From the IMG/VR virus record IMGVR_UViG_3300001730_000003, positions 1 through 48,717 of that record: a stretch of 48,717 bases of DNA. The stretch is one strand, 5' to 3'. Below, one piece after another: positions 16,290-26,106 of this stretch. Position 1 is the stretch's first letter; each line of letters starts with the position of its first letter. The translations under genes and the position numbers were made by a program. The stretch is from a virus (taxonomy: Duplodnaviria; Caudoviricetes). The notes beneath the pieces were generated by a model. That model saw only the letters and a list, made by a program, of their open reading frames with translations. It did not search any database and had not been told where the DNA came from.

Positions 16290-18343
16290 CAATGCGTAAC
16301 ATGACCTTAGACAATGCACAAGTTTATGACATTGAAGTTTTTCCAAATTTAATGACCCTGACCGCTGAACACCTCTGGTCCGATACGGTCGCGACGTGGG
16401 AAATCTCCCCATGGCGCGACGATCGGCAGCAGTTGATGCAGTGGTTCACGTGGCTCAGTCAGACGCAGACGCCCATGATTGGCTTCAACTCAGAAATGTA
16501 TGACTACGTTATATGCCATTTCATCCTGCACAACCCGCAATGCACCAACGCGGACATCTACGCCAAGAGCAAGTCCATTATCGGCAGTAACGACAGATTC
16601 GGTCATACCATCTGGCCACGCGACCGGTTCGCGCCGCAGATCGACCTCCTCAAAGTGCACCACTTCGATAATCAGGCCAAGCGCACCAGTCTCAAGGCGC
16701 TACAGGTCAACATGCGATCGGACAGTGTGCGTGAAAGCCGCCTCGGGTTTGACGATCCGGTGCAGCAACACGACATCGACGGTGAGGTGATTCCGTACAA
16801 CCTGCACGATGTGCGCGAGACGAAGAAATTTGCCCATCACAGCATGGGCGCGCTGGAGTTCCGTCTGGGGCTGGTGGAGCAGTTCGGGGTTGAGTGTCTG
16901 TCATGGAACGACACCAAGATCGGTGAGAAGATGCTGGAAGCACGTCTCGGTGAGGACGTATGCTACGAGCGCGTGCAATCCGGCGAGTGGCCCGATGGGC
17001 GCCCCAGGTTCCGCAAGACGCGCCGGCAGACGCAACGTGACCGGATCGCTCTGCGTGACATCATTTTCCCTTACGTCCGGTTTGACAATCCCGAGTTCCA
17101 ACGCGTGCATCAGTTCATGCTGGAGCAGGTGTTGACACCCGATGATCTCGACGGCCCCGAGAGCACCAAAATCAAAACCAAAGGCGTATTCACCGACCTG
17201 TCCGCTTCGGTCGGTGGGCTCACCTTCCACTTCGGGACGGGTGGTGTGCATGCCTCAGTCGAGCGGCAGCGCTACGTGGCGACCGATGAGTGGATTATTC
17301 GGGACATCGACGTTGCGGCCCTGTACCCGTCCATTGCGATCGTGAACCGCCTCGCCCCGCAACATCTCGGGGAAGCGTTCGTTGCCGAGTACGCGAAGAT
17401 CCCGGCAGAGCGCAAATTGCACGCCAAGGGGACGTATCTGAACGCATCGCTCAAGCTGGCCGCAAATGGTGCGTGGGGCAAGTCGAACAGCATCTATTCA
17501 TGCTTCTATGACCCGCAGTACGCCATGACGATCCCGATCAACGGGCAGTTGATGATCTGCATGCTCGCGGAGAAACTGGTTGAGGTGCCTTCGTTGTCGC
17601 TCGTGCAGTGCAACACGGACGGAATCTCGTACATGATCCATCGTGACCATCTGGACCAAGCGAAGCAGATCGAGCAATGGTGGCAGGATTACACGCAGTT
17701 GGTGCTTGAGGACGTGCAGTACCAAAGCATGGCAATCAGAGACGTGAACAATTACATTGCGGTCGACACCAAGGGTAAGCAGAAACTCAAGGGTGCCTAC
17801 TGGTTCCCCGACCCGACCGATTACGTCAACAGCATCAGCAATGCCAGCCCGCCTGCATGGCACAAATCACTCGATTGTCCCATTGTCCAACGCGCAGCAG
17901 TGATGGCGATGGTTGACAACATTCCACCGGAAGTCACCATACGCTGCCACACGGACCCATTCGATTTCATGCTGCGAGCGAAGTGCGACCGGTCCAGTCG
18001 GCTGATGCTCGGTGAACAGGAAATGCAACGGGTCATGCGCTATTACATCGCCAAGCACGGTGAACCGCTGGTCAAGATCAGCCCACCTGCTGCAGGTGGG
18101 GTCGTCGGACAATGGAAGCGCGCGAACGGTGTGACCAAAGCCGAGTACGAACGGGTTATGGCTGAGACTGGTGGTGCGTGGGATGAGCGCGTATGCACCA
18201 AGAACAAGTCGGTGTATGAGGACCGCAAGATCGCGTTTCAAGCAGGGTGGCAAGTGGCTGACTGCACGGTCGCATCGGACTTCCAATGGGGCAACCTGAA
18301 CTACGAGTGGTACATTGCTGAAAGCAGGAAGTTGATTATTTAG
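16286..18343 (+). CDS. Family B DNA polymerase
   Basis: Exo motifs YDIE, GFNS..YD, YNLHDV; polymerase motifs DVAALYPS, KLAANGAWGK, NTDG. Confidence 0.93.
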   Translation: MTMRNMTLDNAQVYDIEVFPNLMTLTAEHLWSDTVATWEISPWRDDRQQLMQWFTWLSQTQTPMIGFNSEMYDYVICHFILHNPQCTNADIYAKSKSIIGSNDRFGHTIWPRDRFAPQIDLLKVHHFDNQAKRTSLKALQVNMRSDSVRESRLGFDDPVQQHDIDGEVIPYNLHDVRETKKFAHHSMGALEFRLGLVEQFGVECLSWNDTKIGEKMLEARLGEDVCYERVQSGEWPDGRPRFRKTRRQTQRDRIALRDIIFPYVRFDNPEFQRVHQFMLEQVLTPDDLDGPESTKIKTKGVFTDLSASVGGLTFHFGTGGVHASVERQRYVATDEWIIRDIDVAALYPSIAIVNRLAPQHLGEAFVAEYAKIPAERKLHAKGTYLNASLKLAANGAWGKSNSIYSCFYDPQYAMTIPINGQLMICMLAEKLVEVPSLSLVQCNTDGISYMIHRDHLDQAKQIEQWWQDYTQLVLEDVQYQSMAIRDVNNYIAVDTKGKQKLKGAYWFPDPTDYVNSISNASPPAWHKSLDCPIVQRAAVMAMVDNIPPEVTIRCHTDPFDFMLRAKCDRSSRLMLGEQEMQRVMRYYIAKHGEPLVKISPPAAGGVVGQWKRANGVTKAEYERVMAETGGAWDERVCTKNKSVYEDRKIAFQAGWQVADCTVASDFQWGNLNYEWYIAESRKLII

Positions 18344-18387
18344 CTTGCACGTGGTAGGTGATTCGCGTGACGCATAGGAGTGAAGTG

Positions 18388-18552
18388 ATGAAGTGGGTCC
18401 TAGTCAATATCCCGAACATTAATTGTCGCTGCAGTTTGATACCGGTTGCGACCAGTGCAAAGCGCGAAGTCATCCGGTGTGAACCAATCCCCGGCCCCAA
18501 CGGTACAATCCGCTATGTTCAGGATTGGGTCGATCTGACACACTTCGGATGA
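18388..18552 (+). CDS. Small hypothetical protein (INCRC motif)
   Basis: AGGAG RBS; 54 aa. Confidence 0.45.
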   Translation: MKWVLVNIPNINCRCSLIPVATSAKREVIRCEPIPGPNGTIRYVQDWVDLTHFG

Positions 18553-18572
18553 ATGCCGCTCAGACTGTGACC

Positions 18573-18878
18573 CTAATCCTTTGGCCTCGCAGCGTTCACC
18601 ATCGCCTCACACCGCTGCATGATGCCGATAGCATCGGCCGTCCGACCGTTCGCCTTCGCCAGTTGCCCCTCGGACGCCACGTAAGCAGCAGCCCAGGCTT
18701 TCACCTGCCCCAGCAGATCCAATCCGTCCGTCTGAGGCACAGGAGCCCCCTTGACGCCCTCGGACCAACTTTCAGGGATGAGCCGCGCGCACGACGCAGG
18801 CGGGGTCGTCACGGTGACTGTCTTGCACGCACAGAGCATCAAGCACGGCATTGCGGACAGCAGCATCATCTTTCGCAT
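18573..18878 (-). CDS. o-spanin-like lipoprotein
   Basis: Signal peptide with LCAC lipobox; overlaps the 3' end of the i-spanin. Confidence 0.7.
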   Translation of the reverse strand: MRKMMLLSAMPCLMLCACKTVTVTTPPASCARLIPESWSEGVKGAPVPQTDGLDLLGQVKAWAAAYVASEGQLAKANGRTADAIGIMQRCEAMVNAARPKD

Positions 18879-19137
18879 TGTCGATCTCCTTTGTGGCATC
18901 GGCTACCGCTCGATCGATTTCTTTTTCGGTAGCCTCTCGACCTTCGAGCGTGGATATCGCGTCCTGAGCCGCGCCGGCAATCGCTTCACCGGATCGGGTC
19001 GTCTGCCGTGCCTGTTCGCCCGCATCGCTGCCGTCACCCGCGCTGCAACGCCCGAGAACGAACACGATGCCGAGCAGCGCGAGGATTGCAGCACCGATCC
19101 AGACCGGCCGGGGAACACCTGTGAGCATCGAGAGCAT
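18772..19137 (-). CDS. i-spanin-like protein
   Basis: N-terminal TM helix plus helical domain, downstream of the endolysin. Confidence 0.7.
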   Translation of the reverse strand: MLSMLTGVPRPVWIGAAILALLGIVFVLGRCSAGDGSDAGEQARQTTRSGEAIAGAAQDAISTLEGREATEKEIDRAVADATKEIDNAKDDAAVRNAVLDALCVQDSHRDDPACVVRAAHP

Positions 19138-19140
19138 GGG

Positions 19141-19557
19141 TCATTTATCCTCCGTTACGTGCACCGGGTCATTTGGTCGACCTGTCGGGCCTTTGCCGAT
19201 GTCGGCGCTAAGCCCCGTCTTCGATGCAGAGAAATGGATGCGCCCGCCTGTCAGGACGATTACAACGAGAGCGAGCAAGCACAAGTCGAGCGTACCGATC
19301 AACAGGACGAATGGAACGCTCATCGCCTTCAGCTGGATCGTCATCAACCCGACACATGCCTGCACTGCAAATTCCGGTCGCCCACCTGCGTATTTCGACG
19401 CGCCAAGTGCCTGCGTGCACCACTCGGACGACTGGAAGATGTCGACCATCTTCCAACCCATGACCATCAGGAACGCGCTCGTTACAGCGACGGCGACGAG
19501 TGCCCATGTGCGAATGGCCGCACGCTTGGTCTGCGGGTTCTCACCATCCGCCATCAC
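19141..19557 (-). CDS. Two-TM holin-like membrane protein
   Basis: Two hydrophobic helices; between endolysin and spanins. Confidence 0.55.
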   Translation of the reverse strand: MMADGENPQTKRAAIRTWALVAVAVTSAFLMVMGWKMVDIFQSSEWCTQALGASKYAGGRPEFAVQACVGLMTIQLKAMSVPFVLLIGTLDLCLLALVVIVLTGGRIHFSASKTGLSADIGKGPTGRPNDPVHVTEDK

Positions 19558-20107
19558 GCAACGCTCGCTCGAATGCCTGCGCGTAATCCTCGATCAGATC
19601 AGCCTTGTCACGACCGTTGATAATGGTGCGTGCATCCATGTACTGCTTGCGTGAGGCAACACCCTCCGATGGCAGGCAAGTGCTGAGTTTGACCCCGGTG
19701 AACCATCCTTCTTCCATGCCGCGGCGCATGATGAACGCGGCAATGTCGGGTCGCATTGCCAAGTCGGGATTTGCGATCAACTCGCCTGCCTTGATCATGC
19801 CGACTGCGGCGCATTGCGCATCAGCTTTGCGGTAGTTACCTTCCCATGTGAGTTGGACGTACCCCCGCCCATACCACGGCCAATAACGAAGGTTCTTGCG
19901 GCGCCATTCCTCGGACAGCCAGTACGCTTCACGGACGGGCTGCATGGTTGCGTTGGTCTCATGCCATGCCGTTGCAAGCATGTACGACGTATAGGCGAGC
20001 GGCGAACCTTCCGCGGCTGCAAGTACATCGTTGATTCCATCGACCTGGGTCTGACTGAGGCCACCGAGCCGGCTTCGCACCGTCTGGAAAAATGCACCTT
20101 CATCCAT
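19541..20107 (-). CDS. Endolysin, GH19 chitinase/lysozyme-like
   Basis: YMLATAWHET, YGRGYVQLTWEGNY, AR.IING.D; an alternative in-frame start lies at 20206. Confidence 0.9.
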   Translation of the reverse strand: MDEGAFFQTVRSRLGGLSQTQVDGINDVLAAAEGSPLAYTSYMLATAWHETNATMQPVREAYWLSEEWRRKNLRYWPWYGRGYVQLTWEGNYRKADAQCAAVGMIKAGELIANPDLAMRPDIAAFIMRRGMEEGWFTGVKLSTCLPSEGVASRKQYMDARTIINGRDKADLIEDYAQAFERALRDGGW

Positions 20108-20209
20108 ACCTTCAGTCCTCCAAATCCACTCCCAGCGACCGGGCAAGACGGTCAGCGCGATCTTCAGCAGCCTTGAGACGGTGGGAGACCATGAGACAGG
20201 AATCATGCT

Positions 20210-20416
20210 TCAGCCTTCGGACCAGATGCCCAAACGCTTCTCCAATGCTGCGATGCGAATGTCCTTGGCCGCCTCGATCGACGCCAGTTTCGCTTCCAGA
20301 GCGGTCATGCGTTCCCTCATGGGGCGAACCAATGTTGCAAAGCATGCTGTCCATCCTGCCCCGAAGATCGAGACAAAGACCGGGATTGTCAACGCCCCGA
20401 GATCGATATCCGGCAT
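20210..20416 (-). CDS. Single-TM coiled-coil protein, holin-like
   Basis: TM helix plus coiled coil, directly upstream of the endolysin. Confidence 0.55.
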   Translation of the reverse strand: MPDIDLGALTIPVFVSIFGAGWTACFATLVRPMRERMTALEAKLASIEAAKDIRIAALEKRLGIWSEG

Positions 20417-20435
20417 GGCCCAAAACCCCCGTCAT

Positions 20436-20864
20436 TCATGCCTCCTGCGGACACCTGAAGGGTCCGTGCGAATTTGCGCTCAATGCGCGCTGGATCTGAG
20501 GCCACGGGCCTGCGATGAGAAACTGAACAATCACAATCCAGTACAGTGCAATCCATTTGTCACGTGTATCAGATTGCTCGTAGAGCCACCAGACCACGGG
20601 GTACAGTAAAATGATGAGCCAATCGGACCAATGGGGTTGAACAAATTTAACTTGCGGAGCGAAGCGAGAGCACAAAACGGTTGCGATGACCATGATGTCG
20701 GTGATTCGGGACAGTTCGTCGGGGAACTGATTCAGCGTTATCTGGTAGCTGCCTTCAATCAGCCCCCATTGGAGTAGCAGGGCCAGTGCGACCGGTCTCC
20801 ACAGCGATCCAGGTGCGACCCAGATCACCGCGAGCCCAAACATGCACCAGCCCCACCAAATCAT
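20436..20864 (-). CDS. Multi-pass membrane protein
   Basis: About 4-5 hydrophobic, Trp-rich segments. Confidence 0.7.
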   Translation of the reverse strand: MIWWGWCMFGLAVIWVAPGSLWRPVALALLLQWGLIEGSYQITLNQFPDELSRITDIMVIATVLCSRFAPQVKFVQPHWSDWLIILLYPVVWWLYEQSDTRDKWIALYWIVIVQFLIAGPWPQIQRALSANSHGPFRCPQEA

Positions 20865-21082
20865 CAGAGATCGTCGGGCGGCGGTGGACCGTTGCCGCTG
20901 CCTGCACCGCCGCCTTGTGGCTTCGGCTCTACAGACTGCACCACGATCTCATCCGGCAGACCCAGCGCCTCGCCATGCTCCGCAACCGCAGCCGCAAGCG
21001 CCGCGTGGTGGGCCTTCTGCGCCTTCTCTACCGCCAGAAGCGTGCGCAGGATGCGCTTTGCGTGCTCTGCCTTGGTCATCAT
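20864..21082 (-). CDS. Small protein with Gly/Pro-rich C-terminal tail
   Basis: GGAG RBS; ends EPKPQGGGAGSGNGPPPPDDL; TGATG-coupled to the membrane protein. Confidence 0.65.
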   Translation of the reverse strand: MMTKAEHAKRILRTLLAVEKAQKAHHAALAAAVAEHGEALGLPDEIVVQSVEPKPQGGGAGSGNGPPPPDDL

Positions 21083-21155
21083 GGGTTCGTATCTCCGAAA
21101 CAAGTGATCGTCGCGCTGCCCAGCCTGGCGGAGGTGAGCAGGATTTCGGTCAGGA

Positions 21156-21983
21156 TCATGCGAACCTGTCGTAATTCAGCGCGATGTCCTGAGTCGCCCA
21201 ATACTCGGCATCGAAATTGTCGGGATCGATGCGGAAGAGATTGGCCTTGTGAACGACGACGGACAGATCGGCGTTGTAGCCGGAAGGAGCACCGATACGC
21301 GGGGTTGTCGCCGTGCCGTCGTCGAGCGGATTAACGAACGGATATGTGCCGGAATACTCGGCGACGATGTTTGCACCCTTCAGGAACTGCGCAGTGTAAG
21401 TTCCGCTGCCCGTTCTGCGGACAACAACGGTCAGCAGCGTGGCCGTATTGAGGGTCAGCGGGCCGTAATCGTGGCCCTTGTCGCTGTTCACGCGCCCGAT
21501 GCGAAATCTGGTGTAGTTACCAGTGCTGTACCTAGTAGAAAGCGACCACTGGCAATAGGTGGTCGTGAAACGCGCATAGCCTGCAACGCCGCGCGTTGCC
21601 GTCGCGTCATCATAGGCGAGCTGCTTGACCCATAGTGCCAGGACGAAAGACGGTTCGCTGCCGAGGTTGAGCAGGTCGAACACATCCGGGAGGTCGAATA
21701 CTTCGCCGCTGGTTCCGGTGGTGAATTTCAGACCCTTTGCAGCTGTCTGCCCGGCGCCGAAAATACCACTGCAGACGGCAGGGTCACCGCCATCGACAAG
21801 GTTCGCAACTTCATCGGTCAGTGCGAAGCTGTCCGCCGTCTCAACCGCTGTGGCAAAGTCATGAACCGCCTGATGACCGGCGTACAGGCGCCCATTCGGA
21901 TCGCTCTGTTCAAGGTGCGGAAAAGCGTAAACGGTCGGGGTCGGGATGCTGCCGGCGCCGACAAGGCTAACGGAACGTGTCAT
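21156..21983 (-). CDS. Tail-associated beta-sandwich (LamG/ConA-like) protein
   Basis: Beta-rich, SFVLALWVK strand; follows the receptor-binding gene. Confidence 0.5.
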   Translation of the reverse strand: MTRSVSLVGAGSIPTPTVYAFPHLEQSDPNGRLYAGHQAVHDFATAVETADSFALTDEVANLVDGGDPAVCSGIFGAGQTAAKGLKFTTGTSGEVFDLPDVFDLLNLGSEPSFVLALWVKQLAYDDATATRGVAGYARFTTTYCQWSLSTRYSTGNYTRFRIGRVNSDKGHDYGPLTLNTATLLTVVVRRTGSGTYTAQFLKGANIVAEYSGTYPFVNPLDDGTATTPRIGAPSGYNADLSVVVHKANLFRIDPDNFDAEYWATQDIALNYDRFA

Positions 21984-21995
21984 TCATCTATCCTT

Positions 21996-23897
21996 TCAGA
22001 TCCAGCCAAGCGCGGCGGCGCGGGGTGCGTAGAGATTGGCGTTGAGCCACTGAAAAACAGCACTGGTGTAATGCGTGATGTCGCTGGCATTGCGGAAACT
22101 GCGCGGAACAGTGTCCGCCGCGATGTCGGCGGTGTCGTAGGAATTGAGCGTGACGCCGATAGCCGCAGCAATCGTGGTCGCGTGCGCGATCAGATAGCCG
22201 CGCTCGTCGACGAAGCGCTCGCCGAACAGCGTCTTGCCGCGCGCATTGATGCCGGTCATCAGCTTCCATCCCTGAGTGCCGGACGTCTCGCCTGCTGTGG
22301 GGTTTGTGCCATAGGCGCCAGTTGTCGTGACGCCGCGATGCAGCACGCGGGCGAACTGCGTGGTCTGGATGCTGTCGATCGCCAGCGCCGCTTTCTCCCA
22401 TGCATCAATGCGTGTGGCTACCTCAGTATCGGTCAGCGTGGAGGTCGTGATTGGTGCGCCGCTGGCATCGATCTGGTTGCGCCCGAAGCAAGCCATGATC
22501 GTGCGGTTGCGGTAACTGGCGAGCGCGTCAGGGATAAACGGCGTGCCCGGCGCGATCTTCACAGCGGAACCCGCAGTCGTGCGCGTCAGGATCGTCGACG
22601 TATCGGCGCCGTGGTTGCCGGTCACATTGTTGCCGGACCACGTACAATGCACGCCGCCGATTGTCCCCGCGATGGAAATGTCACCGCTTCGGCCGGAATT
22701 GTAGAGCGCATCGGTGTTGTACGCGGTCACGCCTACCGTACCCGATGCCGGGATTTCATTGCCCGTGACGCTCAGCAGCGCGGGGCGAATACCGAGCCGG
22801 GCGAGGATTTCCTCGGCGGTCTGGCTCCCTACGCCGAAGTTCACGACATCGAAGCCCCCGAGCGCATAAATCAGATAGCGCAAATCCTGCAGCGCCGTCA
22901 TGCTGTCGCCTACAGCCACCCAGCGGCGCTCAGGATATTTGCGCGGCAGGTCGCCGCTGGCGATCAGCGAATTGTGTAGAGCGCGGGAAAACGCATAGGA
23001 CGGCACGCCTTCGAACCGACCGTTTTCATCGACCCGCAGCGCGGAGGCATTGGCGGCGAGGATGCGCAGAAGCCCCGCCTCCGTCGTCGGGAAGGATAGC
23101 CCCTGTTCCGACAGGCGCTCTTTCATTCGGCGCACGGCATCCTGCCCCCAGTGCGCGATGAAACCGTAGTCTGACGGATCGAAGTCGAGCACTCTGGCGT
23201 TTGCGGCAGCGAGCGAAGGAAAACTGCCGGATAGTAACGCGAGGGCCGCAACCAGCATGCGCTCGTTCGCCGTCATGATCTTGGCGTCGGCAGTCTCCTC
23301 GATCTGGCTCGCATCGCCGTAGTAAGATGAATATCGGACCCAATCACTTTCGCTGGACGAGTATTCAAAGCGCCCTGAATTTGGAGTACCTCCGCCTGCC
23401 GGGTTGTAATCACCAGTTACGGGCGTGTGCGTGCCGGTGTCGGATGGATAGACGGTCGTGCGGTCGCCGTCTTCCATGCCGGTGAAGGACGACAGGGCGG
23501 ACCATGTGGCGAAACCGTTGGAAAGCGACTTGATATCAGCATCGGCAGAGGCGCGCGTAGAGGCTTCGCCAGAGACGATATCGTGAAGTGCCGTGGTGAG
23601 TGTCCACGATCCCGCACCGCTAGCGCCAGACTTGGTATACAGGTCGTTGTTTGCGTCCGTACTGTCGCCATAGACCCAGCCAATTGCAGGCGCATCGTAG
23701 GCAAGATCGAGTTCAAGTTCCGCGCGGGTGGCGTAGGCTACATCAATAGCGCTGATGAGAGCTGATTGTGAAATACCGTCAAGATATTCCGCCCGCATTT
23801 CCGTAGCTGCGGCAAGAACTACTTCACGTGAAGGTTTGTAGCTTTCAGATGGCGGGTCGCCGTAAAGTGCAACTCGAAGGGTGTCGATGGCGGACAT
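21996..23897 (-). CDS. Tail fibre/receptor-binding protein with SGNH hydrolase domain
   Basis: SGNH blocks VAVGDSMT, FGVGSQT, FGRN, DITH; position after the main tail protein. Confidence 0.8.
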   Translation of the reverse strand: MSAIDTLRVALYGDPPSESYKPSREVVLAAATEMRAEYLDGISQSALISAIDVAYATRAELELDLAYDAPAIGWVYGDSTDANNDLYTKSGASGAGSWTLTTALHDIVSGEASTRASADADIKSLSNGFATWSALSSFTGMEDGDRTTVYPSDTGTHTPVTGDYNPAGGGTPNSGRFEYSSSESDWVRYSSYYGDASQIEETADAKIMTANERMLVAALALLSGSFPSLAAANARVLDFDPSDYGFIAHWGQDAVRRMKERLSEQGLSFPTTEAGLLRILAANASALRVDENGRFEGVPSYAFSRALHNSLIASGDLPRKYPERRWVAVGDSMTALQDLRYLIYALGGFDVVNFGVGSQTAEEILARLGIRPALLSVTGNEIPASGTVGVTAYNTDALYNSGRSGDISIAGTIGGVHCTWSGNNVTGNHGADTSTILTRTTAGSAVKIAPGTPFIPDALASYRNRTIMACFGRNQIDASGAPITTSTLTDTEVATRIDAWEKAALAIDSIQTTQFARVLHRGVTTTGAYGTNPTAGETSGTQGWKLMTGINARGKTLFGERFVDERGYLIAHATTIAAAIGVTLNSYDTADIAADTVPRSFRNASDITHYTSAVFQWLNANLYAPRAAALGWI

Positions 23898-23924
23898 CTG
23901 TGACCTTTCCAGAAATTCGAATGG

Positions 23925-23953
23925 AGCCTATCACCGGGCAACGAGAGACGCAA
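23925..23953 (-). promoter_or_regulatory. Putative promoter of the receptor-binding gene
   Basis: Minus strand TTGCGT-N17-TAGGCT in the intergenic gap. Confidence 0.4.
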
Positions 23954-23957
23954 GAAA

Positions 23958-26105
23958 CTACGAGGAAGTTCCCGTAATAGAACCGATCGTGGCGGACGAA
24001 ATCGATTCGTCGCTGTTGTAAGCGATCAACCAGTAATAATATGTCCCGGCTGCTACAGTATCAGTGTATGTCTCATTTGCACCAAGTGCACCAGTGATAT
24101 CACCGCTTATATCGGTCGCGCTTCCGAAAGTATCACTGGTGAACCTGTAGATTATCACATGGTCGAAACGCACATCGTTCGGGTTGCGCCATGTGATTAC
24201 TACTTCACCAGTGCCATCACTCGCAGCAAAATTTGTCGGCGAACTCAATGTCGGGACAACAGCACCAAGCGAGTATGGTGGGTCATACCATGCGGTCGAT
24301 GCGCCACCCGGCGTTACTGTGCGCCATCTGATGTATTGCGCAACACCGCTGTCCACAGCACCGCTGTAAGCGAACAGCGTGTCCATATCGACACTCATGT
24401 CCGCCCATTGATCTGCGCTAGTGTCAGTCCAATCCGCTTGTGCGATGTATTGAAACTCGTACAGAATGTCTTCACGTGGTGGGCTGTCGAACGATGCTTC
24501 GATTCGTCCATTGTTGTACCCGATGGTCACACCTGTCGGAAGACTGAGGGACACGCTGCCTGCGGACGATGACGATGCGGGGCGCGGGAGTTCCTCACCA
24601 GTAAGCAAATCGAACCTGCTCGCGTCGATCGGCACCAGTCCTAGCGTGCAGAACATACCGCTTTCATCGACTTCGACCGGCGACATGATTTCATAATCAC
24701 CTGCGAACTGGTTGTCATACACGATGTCAACGATGCGTTCTTGCAATGCGCGAATACCGCGCAATCCGACAGTCGGGCCAATCTTGTGCGTCGGCTGCGA
24801 ACGAAGCCCGACGGACTTGGCTAAACGCATTGCCTGATTGTGATTGAAGCATGTCGGGATATCGATTTTGAGGAACGTGACACCTTCGCCCGACACGTAA
24901 TAGTTCGGGTTGTACCACGGTGCTGACGGCTGCATGGTGTAGTTGGCATTGTGGTCAGTATATCGAACGATTACACCCTGCGTCTCACTTTCACCATCCT
25001 GCGCCTCGACACTTGCCATGGTGATGATGTCTCGATTGCGCCCGAAACTAAGCGTAGGCGCTTCGTAGTCGCCCACATCGATATAAGTCTTCCCGTCATC
25101 GTCAAACATCAGTTGTGCATCGCCAGCAAGCAGGATATTATTTTCAACGGTCACACGATCAGTATTGTCCGGTGCAGCCACAGCACATTCATAGCGTGCC
25201 TGCGTGCTCTCGATACCGACAACAGACTCATCGCAGATATCAGCCTCGGTAGCGATGATGTCCCAATTGACATCGCTTTCAGACTTCTTGCGTCCGAACG
25301 GGTGTGTGCGCCACCAAGCCCATATCAGGGCTAGATTGCGCGACGGTTTGTATGTCGTCCGATCACCGAGCGTCTGCGTTTCATCGCGCGGATCGTACAT
25401 GTTGGACCAATCGGCAAAAATTGCCAGATTCGGTTCACCGAGCCCAAGTGGTCCACGCCATTTATACACCTTGTAACGATTTCTCAGCTTGATAGCACGA
25501 CCGCGCATCACACTGTAAGTTGTACCGACAAGCATGTGTGAAACAGTCGGCCACTTCGATGGGAATGCTGCGGCCAGTTCAGTTGCGGCACTCGGTACAG
25601 GATCGCTCTCGGTGTATGTATGCGTCCAAATTTTCCAATATATCTTACCATCGTCAGTGAAGTCACTTGTCGTAACATCATTGCTGGCATTCACAGTCAC
25701 CAGATTGTTGTCCAAGTAATATGCCGGGGTAGATGTCAAAATACTGTCGCAATGAACGATGATCCACCACAAGTTCCCACCACTATCGACCTCTGCGAAT
25801 ACGCACGCACCACCCTGCAGCACTGGCCCGGCGCATATCCATCGGGTCGCTTCCTCGAGTCGGACGTTGATCTTCTGTCGCCCCATGTCGAGCGATCTGC
25901 CGAACAATGCCTGACTGAGCAGTGCACCACCGAGGGCGATAGCGACTGTGCCGACAGCAACGATGATCGATGCTGCAAAAGTCGCAGAAGCGGACCCGAT
26001 CGCTGCACCTGTGATCGCAGCACCCAAACCCGGTGCAAAATAGTTCAACGCAATGATCGCACCGATCTGGACGACTGCGAGCAGGATCTTGCCGACTTTT
26101 GCCAT
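23958..26105 (-). CDS. Tail tip/host-specificity protein with C-terminal FN3-like domain
   Basis: YDPR, NQAMRLAK, YTDTV..GTYYYW; position in the tail module. Confidence 0.8.
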   Translation of the reverse strand: MAKVGKILLAVVQIGAIIALNYFAPGLGAAITGAAIGSASATFAASIIVAVGTVAIALGGALLSQALFGRSLDMGRQKINVRLEEATRWICAGPVLQGGACVFAEVDSGGNLWWIIVHCDSILTSTPAYYLDNNLVTVNASNDVTTSDFTDDGKIYWKIWTHTYTESDPVPSAATELAAAFPSKWPTVSHMLVGTTYSVMRGRAIKLRNRYKVYKWRGPLGLGEPNLAIFADWSNMYDPRDETQTLGDRTTYKPSRNLALIWAWWRTHPFGRKKSESDVNWDIIATEADICDESVVGIESTQARYECAVAAPDNTDRVTVENNILLAGDAQLMFDDDGKTYIDVGDYEAPTLSFGRNRDIITMASVEAQDGESETQGVIVRYTDHNANYTMQPSAPWYNPNYYVSGEGVTFLKIDIPTCFNHNQAMRLAKSVGLRSQPTHKIGPTVGLRGIRALQERIVDIVYDNQFAGDYEIMSPVEVDESGMFCTLGLVPIDASRFDLLTGEELPRPASSSSAGSVSLSLPTGVTIGYNNGRIEASFDSPPREDILYEFQYIAQADWTDTSADQWADMSVDMDTLFAYSGAVDSGVAQYIRWRTVTPGGASTAWYDPPYSLGAVVPTLSSPTNFAASDGTGEVVITWRNPNDVRFDHVIIYRFTSDTFGSATDISGDITGALGANETYTDTVAAGTYYYWLIAYNSDESISSATIGSITGTSS

Positions 26106-26106
26106 T

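Noticed and set aside
18388-18552. Second Mu F-like gene, from the INCRC motif
   Set aside because: Only a five-residue match in a 54-aa ORF.
20108-20206. SAR/signal N-terminal extension on the endolysin
   Set aside because: The 33-aa in-frame extension is not a clear TM helix and the start cannot be determined from sequence.
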